DNA of 64,000 nt from a virus (lineage: Duplodnaviria; Caudoviricetes): the IMG/VR virus record IMGVR_UViG_3300021093_000004; one strand, 5' to 3'. The notes under the pieces were generated by a model that was not told the origin of the DNA, searched no databases, and saw nothing but the letters and a program-made list of their open reading frames with translations. This document shows positions 1 through 8,733 of this stretch, piece by piece. Made by a program: the position numbers and the translations under genes. How positions within the stretch are numbered: position 1 is the first letter of the stretch; every line of letters begins with the position of its first letter.

Positions 1-209
1 CTTGTTTACAGCTTGAGCACCAATAGTATTTTTTGCCACAGCTTGAGCTATTGGCGCATTTCCAGAAAGTGCTGCTGCCGCACCGGCCATACTTTTTAAG
101 AAATTTCGTCTGGTGAATTCAGCTTCAATTATCAGTGATAATTTCATGCCATGGGTCCCATGTATAATGTTTGTTTGGTTGATGTTATATTTGCGTATTT
201 ATATGTCTT

Positions 210-1829
210 ATGATAGCTTACGTTGACAATCAATGGATTTATCTTGATCATATTACTGATCCTGAGGATCAGATAATATGGGAAGAATTTAGCGTTTGTA
301 AGCCGAATGTCTATATCGATCCAGCAATGCGTGGTAATTGGGATGGAATCTATCGCAAATACAATCGGGCTAAAAAGCGAATGGCTCGACCTCTATTGAG
401 CATGCTTCGAGGAGTGTGTACGAAGCACGGATTGCCGTTGATCATACAAGATCGTCGCCAGCAGTGGGCATACGAGGCTGCAAAGCCAGAAGATATAACC
501 CCAGACTTCTTGCCAGGTATTAAGCTCGAAGATTATCAAATTCGGGCGATTCAGAAATGTTGCAAGGCTGAGTGCGGAATCATTGATATGCCCACTGGAA
601 GTGGGAAGGGTGAAGTCATTTGTGGCATTTGCAAAGCGATTCCCTGCCCCACATTGATTCTGGCAGATCAACGAGTGGTTGTGGATCAGTTGAAAAAACG
701 GCTTGAATTGCGTGATATCGCTGAAGAAGTTGGTTTGTTCTATGCTGGCAAGCGACCGAACGGCGAGATGGTCATAGTTGGGTTGATTCAATCATTGAAT
801 CCACCAAAAAAGCCGCCAGATGTTCCGATACGAAAGCTTAATGAAACAGATAATGCATTAAACAAACGGCTGCAAAAATGGGATCAATCATACAAAGCAC
901 ATCAGACTAGGGTGAAGAATGTCAAATTCTTATATTCATATGTCAGAAAGGCTGAGATGATAATTGTCGATGAATGCGACAAAGCCACTTCGGAATCTTA
1001 TAAATCACTGTTCAGACACTATTATAAGGGGCGAAGACGGTACGGATTTTCTGCAACGCCTATCGACCCGGATAAGCCAGTGGAAGCGATGGTGATGCAG
1101 GAGCATCTCGGATCGATTATCGTGAAGGAAACCCGCGATAATGTTCAGAAGCATGGCCGAATCATTCCATGCCATTACAAAATGATGGCATTCGGTCTAG
1201 AGGGAAACATTGATGAAGCTTCGGCTTATGATATGGCGTATGTTGAATGGTTAATCGAAAACCAACGCTTTCATCAGCTTATTACTAGTATCTGCAAGAA
1301 ATATCGGGAAGACGGAACGTTGATTCTTGTGGATCGTAAAGATCTTGGATTCGCATTGGAGAAATCAATTAACGGTCAGGGAATGGAAGCTCACTTCATT
1401 TATGGCGAGACACCAAAGCGTCGCAGAGATGAGATACTGCGGAAGTTTGAAAAGCGAGAGTTCAACGTACTTATTGGTGGTAAAATTATCAATCGTGGAC
1501 TCGATTTGGCAGGAGGCTGTGAGAATCTGATAATTGCTGGAGGAGGTAAACTACAATCCGACTTGATACAAAAAGTCGGACGTGCCCTTCGAAGAAATCA
1601 ACAAGGATATAGCAGGATTTTTGATTTTTTCTTCCGATGCAACAGATATCTCTACAGTCACTCGAAATCCAGATTGAAAGCCATGGTAAATGCCGGATTC
1701 GACGTTCAGGTAATATTCCCCGGTGGTGTCATTGATGGCCGAGAACTCGTTGAAAAGCGACGATTTAGAATCGAACGAAAGTTCTTCTCTAGAGCAACAA
1801 CAGCCCAGCGAACCCTCTTCAACACCTGA
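210..1829 (+). CDS. uvsW: Superfamily 2 DNA helicase, T4 UvsW-like
   Basis: Walker A MPTGSGKG, motif II IVDECD, motif III FSAT, motif VI QKVGRALR. N-terminal ..WDGIYRKY.. segment and a position next to the head module are typical of T4-like phages. Confidence 0.88.
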   Translation: MIAYVDNQWIYLDHITDPEDQIIWEEFSVCKPNVYIDPAMRGNWDGIYRKYNRAKKRMARPLLSMLRGVCTKHGLPLIIQDRRQQWAYEAAKPEDITPDFLPGIKLEDYQIRAIQKCCKAECGIIDMPTGSGKGEVICGICKAIPCPTLILADQRVVVDQLKKRLELRDIAEEVGLFYAGKRPNGEMVIVGLIQSLNPPKKPPDVPIRKLNETDNALNKRLQKWDQSYKAHQTRVKNVKFLYSYVRKAEMIIVDECDKATSESYKSLFRHYYKGRRRYGFSATPIDPDKPVEAMVMQEHLGSIIVKETRDNVQKHGRIIPCHYKMMAFGLEGNIDEASAYDMAYVEWLIENQRFHQLITSICKKYREDGTLILVDRKDLGFALEKSINGQGMEAHFIYGETPKRRRDEILRKFEKREFNVLIGGKIINRGLDLAGGCENLIIAGGGKLQSDLIQKVGRALRRNQQGYSRIFDFFFRCNRYLYSHSKSRLKAMVNAGFDVQVIFPGGVIDGRELVEKRRFRIERKFFSRATTAQRTLFNT

Positions 1830-2718
1830 GGTTCCGCTGCGGAAACTGTATTTCATTAATGAAATAGTCGAATGGCAGCTTACTCAATATTTATGGACCG
1901 GTTGCACCCAAGTTCGATTACGCGACATGATTATGTCGCATGCTACCGAATTGATTCGCCAGATCATTCGTAAGCAAGGCTTGCATACCATCTATCCCGG
2001 CCAGGATGAATCGTCTTTCGGTGATCTTCTTCAGACAGCATGGGTTCAAATTGAACGAACTTTGTACAAGTATCGTTCACGCCCACATTGTCGTAAGTGC
2101 TTCAATTGGGAACGTCCAGCCGAATCGTTATTGTATCAACCGGGCGATCTCGAATATGGAATCAAGACATTAGATGAAGTAGTGGCGATGCACCGGCATT
2201 GCCCAAAGTGCGGAATCAAATTGACCACAACCCCGATTATTGAACCGGTCCAAGGGCGATATGGTGGTTCTGAGACCATTTTGTATCGCGGGATGTCAAA
2301 AGTTTTTAATATGTGGTCTCAGATTGCCAGAACAGTGATTCTTGCCCACATCAAAAAAGAAGGTCGTGACCGAAAGAATTCTGGGTCATATGTTAGTCAT
2401 CTCGGAAATAAGCAGAAGCCCGTCAGCGGAGTGATGGCTAGATTCTTATCAGAAATAAGAGAATTGAATCAGTATGACGATAATCATTTGAAAATCATTG
2501 ATGCATTAGAATACTTGGTTCTGAATGATGACCGTCCATATGATGGTCTTATTGGTAAATTGGTTGACCAGTCTGGTCTATCGCGGGTGATTGTGACGAA
2601 TTTTTTGCATCTTGTGAAGCTACGTAGCTTCGAACTCTCTGATTCGATGCTGAATCGATCTATTGGCGAACCTAAGATCGACAATCGGAAATCGAATGTG
2701 GACTTTGATGAAGAGTAG
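1735..2718 (+). CDS. Putative late-transcription sigma-like factor (gp55 analogue) with a CxxC...CxxC Zn-ribbon insertion
   Basis: LYFINEIVEWQLTQY, FGDLLQTAWVQI..LYKY and KVFNMWSQIARTVILAHIKKE resemble sigma region-2-like phage proteins. CRKC and CPKC pairs are present. The ORF track starts at GTG 1723; ATG 1735 is chosen here. Overlaps the uvsW 3' end. Confidence 0.45.
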   Translation: MAENSLKSDDLESNESSSLEQQQPSEPSSTPEVPLRKLYFINEIVEWQLTQYLWTGCTQVRLRDMIMSHATELIRQIIRKQGLHTIYPGQDESSFGDLLQTAWVQIERTLYKYRSRPHCRKCFNWERPAESLLYQPGDLEYGIKTLDEVVAMHRHCPKCGIKLTTTPIIEPVQGRYGGSETILYRGMSKVFNMWSQIARTVILAHIKKEGRDRKNSGSYVSHLGNKQKPVSGVMARFLSEIRELNQYDDNHLKIIDALEYLVLNDDRPYDGLIGKLVDQSGLSRVIVTNFLHLVKLRSFELSDSMLNRSIGEPKIDNRKSNVDFDEE

Positions 2719-2759
2719 ACCTCACCAAAAATATTGTAGCTTTTTTGGAGGTGAGGATT

Positions 2760-3353
2760 ATGGCTACAAAGAATTGCCCAGGTTGTAATAAACGATTCGA
2801 GAAAGACGAACCTTATCCTGACGTGTCCATGTGTGAAGTGTGTGAACGCCATGGGCCACCAAAAAATGAGTCGGATGAGTTGCTCAAGGGTATCTTGAAG
2901 AAAATCGATGAAGGTACTGTCACATGTGACGACTTTAATCGACTTATTCAGGAAACCACTCCTGAATCTATTCGCGATCGAATTCGCAGGCGAACTGTTA
3001 AGAATGCGACGAGTTCGCATATCGACAAAGACGGGCATCAACAACTGAAATTGCCAGAATTTAAGAAGAGAATAGCCCCAAAGCGAAAACCGGAGCATCA
3101 ACAGAATCACGGACGCAGTAAGATCGCACATGCACATAGTGCCCGAACGCAACGTCGAACAATGCCGGGCAAGTTCGATGAAGAAATCCAATTCATCGCG
3201 TATAATATTGGTAAGAATCTATCTGAATGTGATTTGTCCAATATAAACCGTCGCCAATTATTATTGGTGTCACGGAAAATGATGGCACTTCCGAACATAA
3301 ATAGAGATTGGTTGTTGGATTTATGTTCACATATCGGAGTGAAACATGGATGA
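2760..3353 (+). CDS. Hypothetical protein with N-terminal Zn finger (CPGC...CEVC)
   Basis: SD-like GGAGGTGAGG precedes ATG 2760; two CxxC pairs. Confidence 0.6.
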   Translation: MATKNCPGCNKRFEKDEPYPDVSMCEVCERHGPPKNESDELLKGILKKIDEGTVTCDDFNRLIQETTPESIRDRIRRRTVKNATSSHIDKDGHQQLKLPEFKKRIAPKRKPEHQQNHGRSKIAHAHSARTQRRTMPGKFDEEIQFIAYNIGKNLSECDLSNINRRQLLLVSRKMMALPNINRDWLLDLCSHIGVKHG

Positions 3354-4050
3354 TGATTTACAACATTTGTTAAATCAGTTAGATCCAGAAACTCCTGTCA
3401 TTTCAAAAGCCGCTCCCAAGACTTCACCCAAAGCTTCAAAGGCTTCTTCACAACCTCCGATTGAAGAAGATGAAGAAGTGAGTGATAGTGGAGCAGCATG
3501 GATTGAAGGGGTCATTGACCCGTCTGAATTGATATCTGTCGATCCATCTCAATCCGATTTATCCAAACCCGATGATGCCATTTTATTTCCTACGGACGTT
3601 AGAAATATAGATGATATTGGATCTGATTCGACGACTGCATTTGCAACATTGATGGATACTCCACTGGCACCGGCAGTGCCATCTATCGATCTTCAGAAGT
3701 ATCTCAATCGTCTTGATGGTGTTACTGATGAAATTCTTGGTGCTTGTCGGTCAGATCGACAGGAAGCACAAGATGTGATTCAGATGTTCAGGCAGGAGAT
3801 CGAGCAGGCACTAAATCAAAGTAAAGCTCCGTCTCGCATGTTTATCGATGGATTGGTTAAGGCAGTCGAGGTCAAAGCCAATATCAATATGACGGCAGTC
3901 AAAATGATGGAAGCTAACGCGAAAATGTTGGCTTCAATGAAAGCTACTACCAGCGTCCAAGTCAATAATCAAAATGTAAGTGTGACCGGCAATGACCACG
4001 ACTTGGAGCGAATTCTTGACGAACCTATGAACGCAGATGATGAGTTTTAA
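3346..4050 (+). CDS. Hypothetical protein, possibly terminase small subunit
   Basis: Acidic N-terminus and helical C-terminus; its stop overlaps the terL start (TAATG). The function call is positional only. Confidence 0.35.
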   Translation: MDDDLQHLLNQLDPETPVISKAAPKTSPKASKASSQPPIEEDEEVSDSGAAWIEGVIDPSELISVDPSQSDLSKPDDAILFPTDVRNIDDIGSDSTTAFATLMDTPLAPAVPSIDLQKYLNRLDGVTDEILGACRSDRQEAQDVIQMFRQEIEQALNQSKAPSRMFIDGLVKAVEVKANINMTAVKMMEANAKMLASMKATTSVQVNNQNVSVTGNDHDLERILDEPMNADDEF

Positions 4051-6026
4051 TGGCAGTAACTGCACAACATAGAGCGATCATCAAAAGATGCCAAAGTTCC
4101 GTGGTATGGTTTCTCCGTACCTACGGTAAATTAAAGCATCCGTCTGCCGGTATTATCCCATTCACCCCATTTTCATATCAACGAAACGCGATTCGAGCGT
4201 TTAGAAAATATCGCCTCAATATTTTCCGCAAATGCCGCCAAGCTGGTGCATCTAAAATTGCTGGAGCATTCGCATTATGGTTTGCGATGTTCCACAATCA
4301 TAAAACTATTCTGATAGTTTCGCGTCGTGATGAGGACGCGATGTCGTTTTTACGAGAACATATTGTATTCCTATTCGGGCATTTGCCAGACTGGATGAAG
4401 GAATTATGGAAACCGGTGAAGCAAAATGAGCATGAAATCATGTTCCCCAATGGGTCAAGAATCCAGAGCTTGACCTCACATCCGGACGTTCTTCGTTCTA
4501 ATGCATCGTCATTGAATATTATTGACGAAGCGGCGTTTATTCAGGGAATGGATTCCATGTGGGCTGGTGGTTGGCCTACTCTGCAACACGGTGGTAATGT
4601 TATAGTCATCAGCACTACGAATGGTGTTGGTAACTGGTATTGGGCAACATGCACCGAAGCGGAAAGCGGATCGAATCAGTTCAATCCCATTGTTATCAAT
4701 TGGTGGGATATGGACTGGGTTATCGAATATTTCGATCCAATCTCGAAAGAACACAAACGAATCGCTCCGCGTGATGGCTTGCGGAAATGCACGACTAAAG
4801 AAGAGATTGTCAAATACGGACAATACTGGTCTCCATGGTTGGAGGAACAGTACCGAGCATTGCAAGCTCGTGGCGAGTCGTGGAAGTTTGAACAGGAAAT
4901 TCTCGCATCGTTTATCGGATCTGGTAATACGGTACTTCCAAAAGAAGTATTGGCACATCTTGCTACAACAGTTCGTGAGCCGGTTCAGCGTGTCAGAGGG
5001 ATGCAGACATACGTGCATCCGGTGACGGGTAATGTTGAAGAACTCAGCTTCGACTTTAATGAACCTGATGAAGGATTATGGATTTGGGCCAAACCGGTGG
5101 TGGCTCGCCCTGAAAAACGTCGCGGCAATGAGATTATTGAGCATAGTTCACCTGCACATCCATATGTGATGGGTGTCGATACCGCAACTGGCAAAGGGAA
5201 GGACTATCATGCTATAGAAATCTTCGATGTTTATACTCGTGAACAAGTGGCTGAGTTTATGGCCCGATGTTTGCCACGAGAATTGATTAAGTATATCGAT
5301 CGAATTGGAAGATGGTATAATTGTGCATTGGCGGTCGTCGAGCGTAATAATGGTGGTGATATTATCATCGACGAACTGCGATATACTGTAATGTATCCAC
5401 GGTTGTGGCGACGCAAAGAAATTAATGATAAGCCGCAACCTCAAGGTCGTGGTAGGAGGCGTGCACGCCCGTTGAAAGTCAGCCCATATGGGTTTTCAAC
5501 ATCGCAGGCAAGTAAACCAACGTTGAATCAGTTTCTATTAAACTGCATTCGTGATAATAACGAAGATGGATATACAATTTATAGCAAGAGATTACTGAAG
5601 GAATTTAACACGTATGTTAGAAAGCGTGATAGATTAGGTCACGATACTTCTAAGACAGAAGCTGAAGAAGGTGCAGGAAACTTCGATGACTTGGTAATCG
5701 CTACTGCATTGGCTCTGTTAGGTACATCGGATGCATTTGTAGTTGATGCGGGCAATCTGACTCCGTTTGGTGGTAATTCTACATTTAAGAGTCAAACTGG
5801 CCCGACCATTCTGTCGGATGAACAATCTGCACATGTGCAAGAAGATTGGGCGGGGAAAGGCGGGGCTGCGTTATTAATGCCTATGGCTTTAGCTCCGACA
5901 GACTTCCCAGAAATTGTAGCACAGCGACACCTCGATTCTTATACGCTTCAACTTGGCGGCATTCCCATCAGCCAGGGTCGCCCGCTTGTCACGCCGCCTA
6001 AATATTTCTACGAGCGTAAAGGTTGA
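4050..6026 (+). CDS. terL: Terminase large subunit (T4 gp17-like)
   Basis: RKCRQAGASK (Walker A-like), IIDEAAF (Walker B), ISTTNG coupling motif, nuclease motifs MGVDTATGKGKDYHAI and DDLVIATALA. Confidence 0.95.
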   Translation: MAVTAQHRAIIKRCQSSVVWFLRTYGKLKHPSAGIIPFTPFSYQRNAIRAFRKYRLNIFRKCRQAGASKIAGAFALWFAMFHNHKTILIVSRRDEDAMSFLREHIVFLFGHLPDWMKELWKPVKQNEHEIMFPNGSRIQSLTSHPDVLRSNASSLNIIDEAAFIQGMDSMWAGGWPTLQHGGNVIVISTTNGVGNWYWATCTEAESGSNQFNPIVINWWDMDWVIEYFDPISKEHKRIAPRDGLRKCTTKEEIVKYGQYWSPWLEEQYRALQARGESWKFEQEILASFIGSGNTVLPKEVLAHLATTVREPVQRVRGMQTYVHPVTGNVEELSFDFNEPDEGLWIWAKPVVARPEKRRGNEIIEHSSPAHPYVMGVDTATGKGKDYHAIEIFDVYTREQVAEFMARCLPRELIKYIDRIGRWYNCALAVVERNNGGDIIIDELRYTVMYPRLWRRKEINDKPQPQGRGRRRARPLKVSPYGFSTSQASKPTLNQFLLNCIRDNNEDGYTIYSKRLLKEFNTYVRKRDRLGHDTSKTEAEEGAGNFDDLVIATALALLGTSDAFVVDAGNLTPFGGNSTFKSQTGPTILSDEQSAHVQEDWAGKGGAALLMPMALAPTDFPEIVAQRHLDSYTLQLGGIPISQGRPLVTPPKYFYERKG

Positions 6027-6046
6027 TGTATCAACGGTGGTGGTAG

Positions 6047-6571
6047 CTATTCTTCCGTACCATAGAGCGGTTCTGGTTCGTGGCTTACGGATTTAGTGAA
6101 AACCAACTGTCGGCTTAATGATGTTACAAAGACTGCACACCAATAACGCCCAACTTTCGCGAACCCACAATTTTTATATTTTCTGGCTAGAATGTGTCTA
6201 CGATGTCCGGAAGATGACATCCAACCTTGCATGACTGACGTGACTGTGCTATAACCACGTGCGATATTCTCTCCCATTGCTTGTGGACGATGTCCTTCAT
6301 CCCTGATTCTGCTAGCAACGTTCGAACCACGTGATCCTCTGTGCGACAACAATTCGTTATCGGCCATCCATTTTGCATGCTTCTCTGCGGCTGTAACTAA
6401 CTTACTATCGAGAGTTAATATACTTACACCCGCTTTTGTACGTTCATTGTTGTGAGCGACTAACAATTCTCCAGCAACGGACGTTGGTGTAGGTGGTGGC
6501 AATGGGGGTTGTGGCGGAGTAGGTCGGTTTCGTCTAAATATGTCTCGGAGCCAGTACCAAAAATCGCTCAT
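6047..6571 (-). CDS. CAP (SCP/Tpx-1/Ag5) domain protein with Pro-rich N-terminus
   Basis: HNNERTKAG, AAEKHAKWM, LSHRGSRG, GENIARG, WMSSSGHRRHIL and YWCAVF are canonical CAP motifs. Start placed at MSDFWYW (6571); the ORF track extends to 6631. Confidence 0.88.
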   Translation of the reverse strand: MSDFWYWLRDIFRRNRPTPPQPPLPPPTPTSVAGELLVAHNNERTKAGVSILTLDSKLVTAAEKHAKWMADNELLSHRGSRGSNVASRIRDEGHRPQAMGENIARGYSTVTSVMQGWMSSSGHRRHILARKYKNCGFAKVGRYWCAVFVTSLSRQLVFTKSVSHEPEPLYGTEE

Positions 6572-6601
6572 TGTTTTTACCCTCAATGGCACCAATTTCA
6601 G

Positions 6602-6610
6602 TAAATATAG
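6602..6610 (+). promoter_or_regulatory. Putative phage late promoter TAAATATAG upstream of portal
   Basis: The same or a near-identical AT-rich motif recurs just upstream of other genes (17150, 26835, 29070, 32761, 40368). Analogous to the T4 late promoter TATAAATA. Confidence 0.45.
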
Positions 6611-6631
6611 AATAGATTTTGAGGACCACAT

Positions 6632-8611
6632 ATGCCGAGTAACTGGCTAGTTTTCGACAGAATACGTGCACTTACCCGGCAGCACCGTATTTATCAAGCA
6701 GAACGAGTATATCAAGATCAAGCACATCTTGATCGTTTAACTGCTGGCGGCGAATTTCTTGACTTTAATCAACAAGCCGCTATCCTCGATCAGACCAATC
6801 TACAGATTAATAGATTGGAGAGGTATAAAGATTATGAACAAATGGATCAGACTGGCGAAATCAGCCTTGGTTTAGATTTATATGCCGATGAAGCTAGTTT
6901 AGTCGATCCTGAACGAAAACACACATTGATTATTCGAGCACGCAATCGGCGGCTGAAGCACGAGCTTGAAGATTTATTCTTCAATACGCTTCGTTGGGAC
7001 ACATTCTGCCGTCCCACAGTCCGATACCTATGCAAATATGGTGATTCTCCGTTCGAGGTAATTCTGGACGCTAATCGTTCCGGCGTCTCTGCTCTTAAAT
7101 TCATGAACGTCTACAATTTCACCAGAATTGAAACACGATATGGTGATCTTGTTGGATTCTTTTATATGGATGCAATTTGGCCGCGTCCAATGTTTCTTCA
7201 TCCGTGGCAAGTAATGCATTTGCGGTTGACCAGCTTTGAAAACATCTACCATCCATATGGTCGTTCAGTGTTAGATGGCGGACGCAAGGCATTCAAACAA
7301 TTGCGGCTGATGGAAGATGCTGCGTTGATTTACAGAATTACTCGTGCACCGGAGAAACGTAAATTCACTATTCCTGTCGGCATGATTCCGCCAAAAGAAG
7401 TGCCGGAATATATGCAGATGATCGCACGGAATTTCAAACGCCAGCGATTCTATAATCCAACTACCGGCACGTTCGACGAGCGATATTCTCCACTTATTCA
7501 AGAAGATGACTTCTTCTTGCCGCGTCGTCCAGACGGAACTGGTCCGGATGTTGACGTTTTGCCGGGTGCTGAGAACCTCGACCAAATTAAGGATATCGAA
7601 TATTTCAAGAAGAAAATGGTGTCTCCAATGAAAATCCCGTTCGCACGGGTTGGAATTGGGGAGGGGGCTGGCGAAGCCAGTGAAAAATCGCTCTCACAAT
7701 CACACTCGGAATTTTCGAAAGCTGTTCAATGGATACAACGTGAAGTTGCCACCGGATTAACCAAAATTGCTATCATTCACCTCGCGTTACGTGGATATCG
7801 TGTCGAAGATCTGCGTGGATTTGAAGTTGCTCTTACTGCAACTTCTGCGATGGAAGAATTGTATAGAATCGAAACATGGCAAACTCGCGTAGCTGTGATG
7901 GCCGATCTCAAGGATTTGGGATGGTTTCCGAAAGAATGGATTGTGACTCACTTTACCGACTTGTCTCCCGATGAAATTCAAGAATTGAAGGATATGGAGC
8001 AGACTGCTACGCAAAGTGGCAGCAGTGGTGGTGGCTTGGATCTTGGAGTTGGTGATGAAGCACCAACCCCACCAACTGATGCGGCTGATATTCCCACGGA
8101 TGCGGCTGGTGGTGCTCTAGAAGACGCAGCGGGTGCTCTGGGGGCTGAAGCTGGTGGAGACACTCCTCCGCCAATTGAAGGATTCGATTATGCTGCTGAG
8201 AAACGCTTGATACTTGAACTCCGTAAACAAGGTCGCATGAATGAAGCCAAAGTTATCGTGGAGCGATGGGCGGCTCGGATAGGTCGATCAGCAGAAAAAC
8301 CTCTGATTGAACATAGTAGCGGCTACGATTACATTTTGGCTTCCAAAGAACTCGATGGGTTATCGGGATCTCCTCCTACCCTTCGTCATGAAGGTAATGG
8401 GAAATCACCCTCTACGATTTTGGAAGAAATTTACAACCCAAACAAAGATAAAGAGTTACTCGTCGAATGGTCTGTTGACGAAGACACTCGCAATGACGCA
8501 ATCAAAGAGATTTACGACGTTCTGATGGATGGATCGCTAGTAGAATCCGAAGAGGAAGTAACTGAAGTTACCGAAAGCGATCTTCCGTCAGTTGCCGTTA
8601 GTGGCCTTTAG
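6632..8611 (+). CDS. gp20: Portal protein (T4 gp20-like) with acidic C-terminal extension
   Basis: LRLMEDAALIYRITRAPEKRKFTIPVG, QEDDFFLPRR, LPGAENL, DIEYFKKK; lies between terL and the prohead genes. Confidence 0.95.
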   Translation: MPSNWLVFDRIRALTRQHRIYQAERVYQDQAHLDRLTAGGEFLDFNQQAAILDQTNLQINRLERYKDYEQMDQTGEISLGLDLYADEASLVDPERKHTLIIRARNRRLKHELEDLFFNTLRWDTFCRPTVRYLCKYGDSPFEVILDANRSGVSALKFMNVYNFTRIETRYGDLVGFFYMDAIWPRPMFLHPWQVMHLRLTSFENIYHPYGRSVLDGGRKAFKQLRLMEDAALIYRITRAPEKRKFTIPVGMIPPKEVPEYMQMIARNFKRQRFYNPTTGTFDERYSPLIQEDDFFLPRRPDGTGPDVDVLPGAENLDQIKDIEYFKKKMVSPMKIPFARVGIGEGAGEASEKSLSQSHSEFSKAVQWIQREVATGLTKIAIIHLALRGYRVEDLRGFEVALTATSAMEELYRIETWQTRVAVMADLKDLGWFPKEWIVTHFTDLSPDEIQELKDMEQTATQSGSSGGGLDLGVGDEAPTPPTDAADIPTDAAGGALEDAAGALGAEAGGDTPPPIEGFDYAAEKRLILELRKQGRMNEAKVIVERWAARIGRSAEKPLIEHSSGYDYILASKELDGLSGSPPTLRHEGNGKSPSTILEEIYNPNKDKELLVEWSVDEDTRNDAIKEIYDVLMDGSLVESEEEVTEVTESDLPSVAVSGL

Positions 8612-8733
8612 GATTAAGACTAGCCCACACGCATTTGGTCAAAATTAGTAATAGTTAAGCAAGAAACGCTGCTGAACCAGTAGAATCAAAATCTACTATA
8701 TTAAGGCAACGTGCTGATCTAGGAGCGAATTAG

